From the NCBI GenBank assembly GCA_024704765.1, contig JAKMXF010000354.1:791690-855689 (forward strand): DNA of 64,000 bases, read 5' to 3'. This document shows positions 1-14,483 of this stretch, one piece after another. The number at the start of each line of letters is the position of its first letter. Position 1 is the stretch's first letter. The position numbers were made by a program, and so were the translations under genes. Source of the stretch: Oopsacas minuta (Eukaryota > Animalia > Porifera). Below the pieces are notes generated by a model. That model worked only from the letters and a program-made list of their open reading frames with translations. It had not been told where the DNA came from and searched no databases.

Positions 1-3929
<3,929 letters not shown>

Positions 3930-4037
3930 AGTATCTTACCAGACAGTATATAAGCTATAAACTTTAATTCAAATACATTTGCTTAATATTCAAAAATCAG
4001 CTCAAAACCTGAATGACAAAACATAGAAATATTAAAT

Positions 4038-5413
4038 TTATAATATAATTTGATGTTTGTATGTAGCAGATAGAGATTTGTGTGGTAGGACAATACAATT
4101 GAGTAGCATCTTCTCAGGGGCGAGAGAGACACCCTGACCTAGGATGGTGCTAGAAGGGAGAAGTCTCCCCTCTGAATCAAACAGTGCATCTGCATTAGGA
4201 CGTGCATGTGGGTCATCAGCATCTGGATCGTTTGGCATACCCTCAACACGAGACCACGCTCCCACACGACAGTTCCACCCTACTACTGAGTATAGCACAC
4301 ATGAGTGACGCTCTAGACGAGCTCCGTCTAACACGATGCTCTCCCTTACCCTCACCCCCGAGGCTATAACCACATTAGCTCCTATGCTGACATTAGGACC
4401 TAGGTGAGCAGAGGTATCAACTTTCGCACTAGAGTGTATCCATACGTTTCCAGTGATACAGGGACCCATATTTGAATCAGATTGTAGTGTATCACTAGAG
4501 TTTGGAGATAGCATTTCCGGATATGACACACGATAAGTATATAGATAGAATCTACTGGCGTATATAGCACAACCAGCTGTCTTTATCTGACTCCAGAATC
4601 TGTCACGTGACAACTCCATAACATACAGACGAGCTGACCCTGCTATCTTAGCTAGGAAATCATGTTCTAAGCTAATAGACTCTACATGAGTAACTTCATC
4701 CATAGTACTATCCCCATTGTTCATATACTCTATCGTGTGCATAGCTCGTATGTTGTATACAGATCTTATGTGTGAGAAGAAATCAGCTGGGCTTAGCAGG
4801 TATATACCAGCGTTAATAAGATTAGATACAAATGTCTCTGGCTTCTCTACATAATGTCTAACCTATGATGTAATACTTATTATTACAGTACAGCATATTA
4901 GATAACACTAACCTGATGGGAGGGATCTGTCACGATACAACCGTAGTGATGTGACTGCTTTTCATTTACAGTAGTACCAAGGATGACATGAGAATTAGGT
5001 TTAGATTCATAGAATTCTATCATGTCACGTAAAGGGAAATCACAACACACATCGCAATTGAATACGAACATTCCTCTAGGATCCGTTGCTAGGATTTGGT
5101 CTCTGAAGTGGTAAAGTCCCCCTCCAGTGCCTAACCCCATTGGGTTGTACTCCTGGAGGTAGCGGACCTTGAATGGGTACTTCCCTTGGAGACTGGTTAT
5201 AAACTGGTCCAATGTGTCCCCACGATTATAACAGCCTATTAGCAGTACCTCAGTTATAGCTTGCACCTTCAAACACACCTCTATTTGATGTTGTACCAGA
5301 GGACGTCCTGCTACCGGGAAGAGAGGGGTAGGTAAATCAAGAGAGAGGGGACGGAATATACTACCATGTTGATGCTGTTGACCTCCAATAAGGATTATAG
5401 CTTTGTAAGACAT
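4038..5413 (-). CDS. GMPPA: Mannose-1-phosphate guanylyltransferase regulatory subunit alpha; 2 exons
   Basis: KAIILIGG...FRPLSLDLPTPLFPVAG N-terminus and hexapeptide-repeat C-terminus ending YKHQIIL. A 50-bp GT-AG intron at 4863-4912 joins DPSHQ to VRHYVEKPETFVSNLINAGIYLLSP. Confidence 0.93.
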
Positions 5414-5588
5414 CTTTCAGGAAGTTATATATCAATTAGGTAACATTTCTAATGTAAGATAACCTGACTAGATTGCTACTGTGAGAATTAATAACCTTCG
5501 CCCACAATCTTAACCAAACTACTTTCAATGTAAATGATATAAAAACTATATAAGATTATTTGTATCCATCACATACTTAGAAATATAA
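5414..5588. promoter_or_regulatory. Putative bidirectional promoter of GMPPA/SCAP (175 bp)
   Basis: Head-to-head start codons 175 bp apart. Positional inference only; no motif assigned. Confidence 0.5.
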
Positions 5589-8500
5589 ATGATAACCCAT
5601 ATGGGAATAAAGCAGAGCTTATCTTTGCTATACTATCAGCATGGATTAATAGTGTCACATTACCCAAAGACATTACTTTTCCTTCTGTGTGTAGCGATAG
5701 CTACCTTCACATCACCTATACTTATGTGGTCTCTGTTTGACAAACTAACTATCAGTCCTCGTTACTGGTCCTCTAACGTAGAGTATATTGGTTTAAGTCC
5801 AGCAGCAACTACTGACGAGCCATCTATTTCCGGTTCTTATTTCCAATGCATTTTACATCCAGATCAGTGTATTGAGATGCCTCCCTCCTGGTTCTATGGG
5901 CCTCCCGCTATGTCAGTTCAACAGATTGTAGTATCTCTGCCTCCGTATAGACAGCCGATAGGAAATATACTAAGAAGTGTACAGAAAATATCTGAACAAT
6001 TGCTAGAAGTTATAAATGCAAGTTTTGAGGAGTTTCAAGAGAGTAATCTACAAGATATTTGCTTACGAGTTGATTCCAGCTTTCTAGACCATGCTACTTA
6101 TTCTAACCCCAAGTGCCTAACCCTGTCTCCACTTCCACTAATACTCAATGTATTCCACGAAAAACCTAGCAAATCGTTAGAGTCATTTGCTCCTCAATCT
6201 CTGTCTAATGACAGTCAGTTAAGGAACCCGTACTCTTCAGTGAAAGAGCTGCTATTCGGTGGATTCTGGACACACTGGTCATCGCTACTAGGGTTAGGAA
6301 AGGTGGATACATCTGGTCAGTTAACATTCTCTCTCACTTTATTTCTAAACACATCTTCACAGCAGATACAAACACTACAGACTGAGTTTATTAATATATT
6401 ACATAGAAACCTAGGAAGCAATGCTAAACAGACAGAATGGTTGCAGATATTCTATCCACAAGATGAAGAACTAGTTGAACTATTTCCGCTAATATTTCTA
6501 TACTCAATTGTATTCCTATACATCTCAATATCCGTGAGTAAAATAGAAGAAGTCAAGTCCCGTGTGGGATTAGCGTTTGTTGCAGTTCTAACATTGTTCG
6601 GTTCAGTTTGCATATCAGTGGGAGTTTGTATTTTATTCGGATTGAGAGCTACGCTAGATGGCAGAGATGTTGTGCCTTTCATTATCGTAGTTATCGGGCT
6701 AGAGAATATCCTGTTGATTACGAAATCTGTAATTTCAACTCCGAGAGAGCTAGATACACCCCTAAGGATAGCAAAGGGCCTCGGACTACAGGGTGTGGCT
6801 ATCACACGATCTATGGTTACACAGATCTCGCTACTCATGGTTGCTTACCTCACTTTCAATCCTTCTATTCAGGAGTTCTGCCTAATCTCGATTCTAGGTC
6901 TTGTCAATAATTTCTTCCTTACTATGGCATTTTTTCTCCCAATACTCTCAATAGACCTTAAGAGGCTAGAATTGTCTGACATGAGACATACTACAGTTAC
7001 ACATTCTAGACACTCTATAGAAGATACGAGAACAGCTGATCCAAACTTCAATTCACTCTTTTTAAAGATAATTCATAAACTGGAAGAAATGAGAATTCTA
7101 CACACACTATTTTCAATACTTCTCTGTGTGTTCCTAGCTTGGTGGTTGATTACTAGTCATGGCTTCTTCCAAACACTCAGTAAAGCATTAGGAATTGATA
7201 ACCCAGAAAATATTAAAAATTCTATCTACTCTATAATCGGGTCAGACGATTCAGCGCCTGATAAACTTGTTAAAGATATTATTCCTCCACAGAACAACCC
7301 ATACTTCAAAGAGCTCCATGAGAATATAATATCAGACAGTCAGTACGTGTATGATAGAGACTCTTCTCTAACTCTACAGATTTCTAATGATTCTGGTATT
7401 GCTCTATGTGGTGCTTATCCTTGTTGGACAGAATTGATAAAGTATCATGTGCCTAACTTGTTCTCCTATTATGACATGAGTTTGACAGGTAAGTATATCA
7501 CTCTCCTCCCTCCCATTTACCTCAGGGCCGTAGGGAGTTTGGAAGTATCCCCAAGTGACAACGGACATCACCCTAACGATAGATATCTCAAACCCCCAGA
7601 GTTCGGAGTAGACGTTCTCCTCATGACAGTAGGAACCCTCCTCTCTATCTCATTCATACTAGTCATGAGTAATCAGTTAGTTTTCAGGCTAACATTATGT
7701 AAAGGAATGCCCAGTAATTCAGACCTACATAATGCTAATATCACTTGCCAGCTGTTGGGTACATTATATGATGGTAGTAACGTAATACAACCCATTGAAT
7801 ATGTGGTTTCTAATAATAATAACATAATAGCTACTAAACTGAGAGACACCCAGGTACAGTTATGGAGTATTTCCGCGAAACAGAATAGCTTTTCTATTAA
7901 TCAACACAAACAGATACATTTATCACGAGTTACTCCTGTGGACTCGTCAGACCTAGACCAACAGACTGAGGGTGTTAGCGATGAGTCCACTGACTCCAGT
8001 AGGAGTGAGAAGACTGCTACTATCAAGGGATACGAGTTTCCTAAACATTTCAGCTTTCTATCTCCTCATTTAGAAGCCTTGAGAGCAACACTCCCAGAGA
8101 GACCAAAGCGAGTCCAACTAGTAGATCCTAATGCGCCTATTCTATGGTGCATTCAGTGTAATGAGTCATGGTTAGCTGCTGGTTTCCATAACGGACTAGT
8201 TTCTTTGTGGGATATTTACTCGAACAGATCAACTTTCCAAATACAGCCTACATCAGCTGGTATTACCTGTATACAGATTATACTACGTCCACATAACCTT
8301 ATAATTTGTGGCACAGTAGATGGACACATCATTAAGATATCAATTGCTAATCCCTCTCTTCTACAGATGATTAAGATTAGTGATAATATGACTACACATC
8401 TGGAGTATGCACATAATAGAGTTGTAGTGTCAAATTTCGAGTGTGCTCTCCGTGTCTACAGAGTAGACAGAATGACAGAGTTATATACTCTACTGAGACA

Positions 8501-8996
8501 CCCTGGGTATATAACATGTATCTCTATTGATAATGCATGTTTACTAGCATGCACTACAGGTTGTAAGAATGGGATGGTATGCAGATGGGATCTAGAGACC
8601 GGGACGTGTGTCAGGAGTTTTCAAGAGACGAATCATAAAATAATATCAGTACTCACTAGCAAGGTTCTTATAATATCGCTATCACTAGATAGAATAGTGA
8701 GGATGAGAGATAGAGTGAATGGGGAATTAGTTAAGAAGGTTGAACCAGATACGATGCCTAGATCTATGTGCTTATTAACTGAGAACCAATTGGTAGTTGG
8801 TTGTAAGGGATGTGCTGTGTTGTACAATCTCGCATACGATATGTTAGAACCTAAGGTAATCAAGCTTAGAGATGGGAAAGAAATGGATCATGTTTCTAAG
8901 ATTCTAAGAATAACTCCGTCAGTATTCGTGTGTACTACGAGGAAATATATCTACATGCTTTCCTGGGGAATTTCTAGAAAGGAAAAGTCTGAGTGA
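5589..8996 (+). CDS. SCAP: SREBP cleavage-activating protein (sterol-sensing domain + C-terminal WD40), single-exon CDS
   Basis: N-terminus YYQHGLIVSHYP; SSD (VKSRVGLAFVAV, VVIGLENILLITKSVISTP, IQEFCL); LSIDLKRLELSDM equivalent to MELADL; WD40 repeats at the C-terminus. Confidence 0.92.
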   Translation: MITHMGIKQSLSLLYYQHGLIVSHYPKTLLFLLCVAIATFTSPILMWSLFDKLTISPRYWSSNVEYIGLSPAATTDEPSISGSYFQCILHPDQCIEMPPSWFYGPPAMSVQQIVVSLPPYRQPIGNILRSVQKISEQLLEVINASFEEFQESNLQDICLRVDSSFLDHATYSNPKCLTLSPLPLILNVFHEKPSKSLESFAPQSLSNDSQLRNPYSSVKELLFGGFWTHWSSLLGLGKVDTSGQLTFSLTLFLNTSSQQIQTLQTEFINILHRNLGSNAKQTEWLQIFYPQDEELVELFPLIFLYSIVFLYISISVSKIEEVKSRVGLAFVAVLTLFGSVCISVGVCILFGLRATLDGRDVVPFIIVVIGLENILLITKSVISTPRELDTPLRIAKGLGLQGVAITRSMVTQISLLMVAYLTFNPSIQEFCLISILGLVNNFFLTMAFFLPILSIDLKRLELSDMRHTTVTHSRHSIEDTRTADPNFNSLFLKIIHKLEEMRILHTLFSILLCVFLAWWLITSHGFFQTLSKALGIDNPENIKNSIYSIIGSDDSAPDKLVKDIIPPQNNPYFKELHENIISDSQYVYDRDSSLTLQISNDSGIALCGAYPCWTELIKYHVPNLFSYYDMSLTGKYITLLPPIYLRAVGSLEVSPSDNGHHPNDRYLKPPEFGVDVLLMTVGTLLSISFILVMSNQLVFRLTLCKGMPSNSDLHNANITCQLLGTLYDGSNVIQPIEYVVSNNNNIIATKLRDTQVQLWSISAKQNSFSINQHKQIHLSRVTPVDSSDLDQQTEGVSDESTDSSRSEKTATIKGYEFPKHFSFLSPHLEALRATLPERPKRVQLVDPNAPILWCIQCNESWLAAGFHNGLVSLWDIYSNRSTFQIQPTSAGITCIQIILRPHNLIICGTVDGHIIKISIANPSLLQMIKISDNMTTHLEYAHNRVVVSNFECALRVYRVDRMTELYTLLRHPGYITCISIDNACLLACTTGCKNGMVCRWDLETGTCVRSFQETNHKIISVLTSKVLIISLSLDRIVRMRDRVNGELVKKVEPDTMPRSMCLLTENQLVVGCKGCAVLYNLAYDMLEPKVIKLRDGKEMDHVSKILRITPSVFVCTTRKYIYMLSWGISRKEKSE

Positions 8997-9088
8997 TGGA
9001 CTGTATTTGTTTATTCGAAAGCATGATATACGTGTTTGAGTATATAATACAAATGATTATTAAGTGAATACAGATTTCTAAAAATGAA

Positions 9089-10330
9089 TTATATAGATTT
9101 TGGCTTAGTATAGTAACGACTTGGTGTGAATGGCATCTTAGTGACTGTAGCCTGATTAATATTCTTCCTTATTCGTAGTGACAATATAGTTCCTACTTTA
9201 GAAAGAGATCTAGGTATGTACGCCATGGCTATGTTCTTCCTTAATGTAGGCGACGGGCCTCCGGAGGTTACCTCCCCCGCCTCTTCACCCTCTGAATTCA
9301 GTACTTTAGTTCCCGCACGAGCAGGGGGCCCGGTGGAAATTAGGCCTACTCTTACTTTCTCTGTTTTCCCTGGAATTTGAGGGATAATTACGTCTGCACC
9401 AATAAACCCTCCTTCCTTTCTTCTTCGTTTCCCAATGCACCATGTGAGACCCGCTTCCACAGGACTGATCTCCTCCCCAATATCGTTACCATATAGACAG
9501 AGACCTGCTTCTAATCGTAACGTATCTCGCGCACCCAAACCAGCGAGTTCCATCCCTCCTCCAATTGACTGGGGTATAGGTTGGGACAATAGTCTCTCAA
9601 CTAGTTCTATCACTCTTTCAGATGGTACAGATATCTCCACGCCGTCTTCTCCCGTATAACCACATCGACTTATCCTACACCCCTGGATACCGAACAGTGA
9701 CGTATATACGCTATTCATAAAATGTAAATTTTCCAATCTATCAATTAGTCCAGCTTGCATAATGATCGGCATTTTAGGCCCTTGAAGAGCTATTAGTGAT
9801 CTTTCTGTCTGGAATTCTATATCCACTCCTTTTGGTGAAAATAATTCTAATTGTTTCATCAAATGTTTCGAGTCTTTCTCAGCATTTCCTGCATTAGAAA
9901 CCACATAGATATATCCTTCCTTAGTTTTATTGATAATACAATCGTCTATTATCCCCCCTGTCTCGTTAGTGATGAGACTCAGCGTGCTCTGACCTGGCTT
10001 TAGGCCATGGATGTCTCCAACTACAACTCGTTCCATAAAATCAGTAGCATTCGGTCCTGTCACGAGGAATTGTAACATATGAGATACGTCGAATAACGAT
10101 ACATTATTTCTGGTTTGTCGTACAGAATCAGAAATGCTTAGCTTATATTGTACTGGCATTGAGTAACCAGCGAATGGAACCATTTTTCCTCCATGGGAAA
10201 TATGGAAGTTATAAAGGGGAGTCCGTTTCAATGACTCAGTAGAAGAAGGTCTATAAGCTTGGAGACGAGTATGGAAAGAGTTTAGCTTGCAATATTTTGC
10301 TAAAGTTGTTTTCAACAACCTCGTTATCAT
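9089..10330 (-). CDS. AMT: Aminomethyltransferase (glycine cleavage T protein), mitochondrial
   Basis: LKRTPLYNFH...GKMVPFAGYSMPVQY, SLFDVSHM, RCGYTGEDGVEI, GLGARDTLRLEAGLCLYG, VTSGGPSP, KMPF; N-terminal transit-like peptide. Confidence 0.97.
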   Translation of the reverse strand: MITRLLKTTLAKYCKLNSFHTRLQAYRPSSTESLKRTPLYNFHISHGGKMVPFAGYSMPVQYKLSISDSVRQTRNNVSLFDVSHMLQFLVTGPNATDFMERVVVGDIHGLKPGQSTLSLITNETGGIIDDCIINKTKEGYIYVVSNAGNAEKDSKHLMKQLELFSPKGVDIEFQTERSLIALQGPKMPIIMQAGLIDRLENLHFMNSVYTSLFGIQGCRISRCGYTGEDGVEISVPSERVIELVERLLSQPIPQSIGGGMELAGLGARDTLRLEAGLCLYGNDIGEEISPVEAGLTWCIGKRRRKEGGFIGADVIIPQIPGKTEKVRVGLISTGPPARAGTKVLNSEGEEAGEVTSGGPSPTLRKNIAMAYIPRSLSKVGTILSLRIRKNINQATVTKMPFTPSRYYTKPKSI

Positions 10331-10670
10331 TTTCGTTGGAATTGAGATATCGTGAATCAGAGATTAGTTGTGTAGAAGTCACAGGATAGCCATTTAATAT
10401 ATACTAATCAGCTGCACTTTATAGCAGCAATCACCCAATTGAAAATTATATACAATACCTGTACTGAATAGATCTGATCGTTCGTGTTTCAATTACGGTG
10501 GTACTCCATTGAGTTTGAATTTCTAAGATTCAATTTTAACCAAATTTGATTGTCTATCCCGCACAATTATTAAAAATATCCATTACAGGCTAACCACAAC
10601 AATAGAATATTAATATATCTACGGATGATAATTAAATTAGTAATTAATTATAAAAAGTAGTTAAGGTGTC
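10331..10670. promoter_or_regulatory. Putative bidirectional promoter of AMT/DNAAF2
   Basis: Divergent start codons 340 bp apart; positional inference only. Confidence 0.4.
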
Positions 10671-12614
10671 ATGTCTGAGAAAGAAGAGTTCGAAATAACA
10701 AGTGATGAAGCTAAAAAGTTAGGTGATGCCCTCAAGAAAGAAGAATTTCGTAATCTCCTTGTAGAATATGCAAATGAGATATCAGATCCTGAAAACAGGA
10801 AACGTTACGAAGAGGAGATAACTCAGCTGGAGCGGGAGAGAGGGTATAATGTTAAATTCCTAAATCCTACTCCAGGTTTTGTTGTTAAGACTAGACTCAA
10901 AGATGGAGGAATGAAGATATTTATAAATATAGCGACAAACCCAGAAATTAAAACAGCAACCCCTGGTCCACTTGAGATCCTACCAAGTGGACAAGCAGGC
11001 AAGAAATGGTCGATCCCCTACTCACTGGTGCCAGGTAGAGAAGGCCCGCTAGACGCTAAGAAACAAAAATGTACAATATACGATTGTATATTTAATCCTG
11101 AGACATACAAACAAGCAGAGGATAATCCTAAATTCAAAGAGATAATGGTAACTACAGCACTAGATGGAATTGAGAATAAATTCAATGTTAACTTAGAGAG
11201 AAAACCTCTAAAATATCCTAAAATAACTTACAAAGGTGCACCCAGTACAAGTGTGATACGGAAATCAAATGAAAAAGCGAAAGAAGAGTTTGATAAGAAA
11301 GTCAAATCAGATCCAATTCAAAAGCTCCTCAGTACTAAACCAATAGAGCCCCCTAAACCACCTCGAGACCCTACCCTTCCCAAACACACACTGAAATACA
11401 GAGGCTACTTTGATATGCAGGATTATACAGTAGATCATCTCCAGACGAAAGGAGAACCGAAAGAGATCGTAATTACCATCATGCTTCCTAAGTTAGATAC
11501 TATCAAAGATTTAGAGTTAGACATACAAAATAAGAAAGTTATATTACTCCATAAAGATCCTAAATATTCGTTAGAAATTCAACTCTCTTATCAAATTAGT
11601 GGTAAAGACGCTAAAGCTAAGTTTATACGAGATGTGAGGGAACTTGAACTTGTCCTTCCTATCATACACAAACCTCCTATTACCCTCCCTCCTAGGGAAA
11701 TACCAGCTACAATTCCATGTGAGGACACGCCCCAGGAAGAACCTCCAGTTATAGATAACGAAGAGACCAATTCTGTCCCTCTTAAACTGAGTGAGAATGT
11801 GATGCAGAGTAAGTACGATTCTGATGACGTCATGTCTGATGATACCGATGAGTCTGAATTTAAAGTTGAACCAAAGACAGAACTTCCTAGTGACTTAATG
11901 ATCAATAAAACCCTACCACCTATTGAAGCAAGCGAAATGAAACCGACTGCTACTGAACTTCCTCCTTACGAGTATAGGCAGACATTCAAACAGTTCTATT
12001 TCAGTTTCACAGCTCCTGATTTTAGAATTGATTCTATTTCTACTTTTTTCAGATCAAACAGTGCCGAGGTGGGTTTTGAAACAAATTCGTGTATCTATCA
12101 GATAGAGATTAGATTCCCTACAGAATGTTCTATCAATGCTAGTACATCTGAGTGCAGACCTAGTGCAAATGGGATTGTTCTGAAAGTAGATAAACTGGGC
12201 GGTGGAAATAAGATGTATGACACTTTTAGGATATGTTGTGGAAGAGGTAAGTTTCTGGAGAAGAACTTCCTAACAGAGAATATTATACTGAGAGAAATAG
12301 AGCAGTTTGGAGAGCCTTGGAGCGAGGAGAACTCCTCTACTCCAGCTGATATAAGAGTTAGCAAGGATGATCAACAATTGGTAGTTGAGTTAAACATGAA
12401 GACTATGGCTAACATATCACATACAAATGAAGCGATAAATACTGATGCAATAGAACAAGAAGATATACCTCCATCATCTACAGATGATGTGAATATACAA
12501 GGAGAAAATATCCTGAAAGATGGACCAGTAACCTATAATAATGAAAGCAGTTGCTCGAAAGAAAAGAACCGACTTACACTATCAAATGACCTTATCTATG
12601 AATTAAACGACTAG
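10671..12614 (+). CDS. DNAAF2: Kintoun / dynein axonemal assembly factor 2 (PIH1 + CS domains)
   Basis: EFRNLLVEYANEISDPENRKRYEEEITQLERERG...NPTPGFVVKT...KIFINI, WSIPYSL, IEHKFNV-like PIH1 motifs (here GIENKFNV), followed by a CS-like domain. Confidence 0.9.
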   Translation: MSEKEEFEITSDEAKKLGDALKKEEFRNLLVEYANEISDPENRKRYEEEITQLERERGYNVKFLNPTPGFVVKTRLKDGGMKIFINIATNPEIKTATPGPLEILPSGQAGKKWSIPYSLVPGREGPLDAKKQKCTIYDCIFNPETYKQAEDNPKFKEIMVTTALDGIENKFNVNLERKPLKYPKITYKGAPSTSVIRKSNEKAKEEFDKKVKSDPIQKLLSTKPIEPPKPPRDPTLPKHTLKYRGYFDMQDYTVDHLQTKGEPKEIVITIMLPKLDTIKDLELDIQNKKVILLHKDPKYSLEIQLSYQISGKDAKAKFIRDVRELELVLPIIHKPPITLPPREIPATIPCEDTPQEEPPVIDNEETNSVPLKLSENVMQSKYDSDDVMSDDTDESEFKVEPKTELPSDLMINKTLPPIEASEMKPTATELPPYEYRQTFKQFYFSFTAPDFRIDSISTFFRSNSAEVGFETNSCIYQIEIRFPTECSINASTSECRPSANGIVLKVDKLGGGNKMYDTFRICCGRGKFLEKNFLTENIILREIEQFGEPWSEENSSTPADIRVSKDDQQLVVELNMKTMANISHTNEAINTDAIEQEDIPPSSTDDVNIQGENILKDGPVTYNNESSCSKEKNRLTLSNDLIYELND

Positions 12615-12812
12615 AATAATAGAATACTGTTTTACCATTATATCACAATATTAGCTCGCATATATTATATCAATTTCTCGTATTTTTCTGGGGAGTAACT
12701 AGATATCCTAGAGAGGGCCGAGAGGAGGCAGGGATTAATATTTGCTAATAGAAAGATATGGAGAGGCAATTGCCTCACCTGCCTCAATGCTAGCTAAGCT
12801 CATGTATTTATA

Positions 12813-12937
12813 CGGTGGATACCAGTTCAAAGAACCCCCTTGGGAGTAGCAATACATGTTTTTATCACCGACAAAATATCTACAGGAATACATGAGAACT
12901 GTTTTCCAGAAATCGTGATTATAACCAGCATCCACTG
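12813..12937. mobile_element. MITE, pogo/Tigger-like (Tc1/mariner superfamily), family A
   Basis: TA-flanked. Left end TACGGTGGATACCAGTTCAAA and reverse-complemented right end TACAGTGGATGCTGGTTATAA form degenerate TIRs (14/21). The interior (AAGAACCC..TTGGGAGTAGCAATACA..CAGGAAT..ATGAGAAC) recurs at 62060-62152. Confidence 0.65.
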
Positions 12938-13037
12938 TATCTATATTGGGATCCTTTATAATAGTGTACAAACAAATAATGGTAAATATACATTGGTTCC
13001 AGGCAGCTCAATAAATTAGTACAACATGAATAGAGTC

Positions 13038-13064
13038 TAATAATAATAATAATAATAATAATAA
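13038..13064. repeat. (TAA)9 microsatellite
   Basis: Read directly from the sequence. Confidence 0.95.
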
Positions 13065-13190
13065 TATTAATAATACACTATTATAGGACTTGTGTGCAAA
13101 ATACTAGCAAACTGAATTGGTAACCTTCAAAGTTTGGTATCCAGATTTACTTATACATGTTACATAGTACCTAGTGCTAACAAGCGCAAA

Positions 13191-14150
13191 CTAATAAGTT
13201 TCAGATGTTTCATCTTGCGCTAAGTTTCCTACTGGTCCATCTACGTCTTCAAGCTGGCTATCGAATCCAGGTTGAGGTTCTTCTTCTGGGGGGAGTGTAA
13301 ACCCCTCTTCAGTCTCATAGAGAATAACTTGAATACTTTCTAACACCGAGTCACCTTGTTGGTAGCTCTCTTGAACAATTACTTCGATTTTTCTGAGCTT
13401 TGAAAAGTAGAAATCTCTCTCTTTAGTGCATTGTTCTAGATCTAAAGTAGCATTCTCAGCAAATATTTCATATTCCTTTAGCTTCTGGTCTGTCTCTGCG
13501 ATAATCATCTGAGCATCTTCTAATCGCTTCTCAAGTTCAGAGTTCACGGACTCAGGACGTGAGCTAGCAGATACTCTTTCTTTTTTCGGACCTGCAGGTT
13601 CTGGGGTCTTTTTAGCTGCTATTTTCGTCGTCGGAGGTTTAGCTCTTGGTGCAGGCGATGCTTGTTGTATTGACGACTTAGGTGTTGTACTAGGGACTCT
13701 AGTGCTAACTCCTCCCTTCTTTCCTGCTGCTTCACGGACTTTGACTGGGTCATATTCATTTTGGGAGCGGTCAGGATCGTAGTTACGATTGTAGAACTCT
13801 TTAAACCACTGCAAGAATTCAAAATTATCTTGAAACTTTCCCTTTACAATCTTTTCGATTGGTATAGTTTTCTCTACTTTGAGTTGACTGAAAGATCCTT
13901 GCAGTATTTTGAAGTTGTTAATGTACTCATATTCTTGTTTTGTGGTAAACTTTATTTTCTTTAAATTTATAGCTCCTGGAAACATAATGTCAAAGAACTG
14001 ACAGTAAGCAGCTCCGGTACACATCTCTTCTACTTTTTTAAGCTGCAGGTCAAGTGAGCTGTTAATCCAACCCAGATACTCACTTCTCCCAAGCCCGCTA
14101 GCGGGAGCATTCGTCACATTAATCACGTTATAGTCCACCGTTCCGGCCAT
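13191..14150 (-). CDS. MAPRE1: Microtubule plus-end binding protein EB1 family (CH + EBH domains)
   Basis: RSEYLGWINSSLDLQLKKVEEMCTGAAYCQFFD, KGKFQDNFEFLQWFKEFY, KERDFYFSKLRKIE...ILYETEEGF, acidic tail ending in Y. Confidence 0.95.
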   Translation of the reverse strand: MAGTVDYNVINVTNAPASGLGRSEYLGWINSSLDLQLKKVEEMCTGAAYCQFFDIMFPGAINLKKIKFTTKQEYEYINNFKILQGSFSQLKVEKTIPIEKIVKGKFQDNFEFLQWFKEFYNRNYDPDRSQNEYDPVKVREAAGKKGGVSTRVPSTTPKSSIQQASPAPRAKPPTTKIAAKKTPEPAGPKKERVSASSRPESVNSELEKRLEDAQMIIAETDQKLKEYEIFAENATLDLEQCTKERDFYFSKLRKIEVIVQESYQQGDSVLESIQVILYETEEGFTLPPEEEPQPGFDSQLEDVDGPVGNLAQDETSETY

Positions 14151-14483
14151 CTTCCTAACAATTAATTCACAAAGCTATACACTAAAACTTCTGAACATAA
14201 ATGCAATTACAACTTTCTACTATTTATACAAACCAATAGGGATAGAGATATAAACAGAACTTTATGAAGTCAACTATACCTGTATTTTATGCGTGGTTCA
14301 CTGTGTGCATAATAATTGATATTTGTAGTACGCGTGTGCGAGTATTATATGACATTAGGAATAACTGTGTGGGGTAGAACCACCAATGATTGTATAACTA
14401 AGGTATATAAGTGATTTGAATAATTAACTACGATAATTGCTAGCGAGCAAGTTCTAAATTATTCAGCATTTTAAAAGTGTGAA

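Noticed and set aside
12735-12971. 78-aa ORF
   Set aside because: Lies largely within the family-A MITE; no protein similarity recognised.
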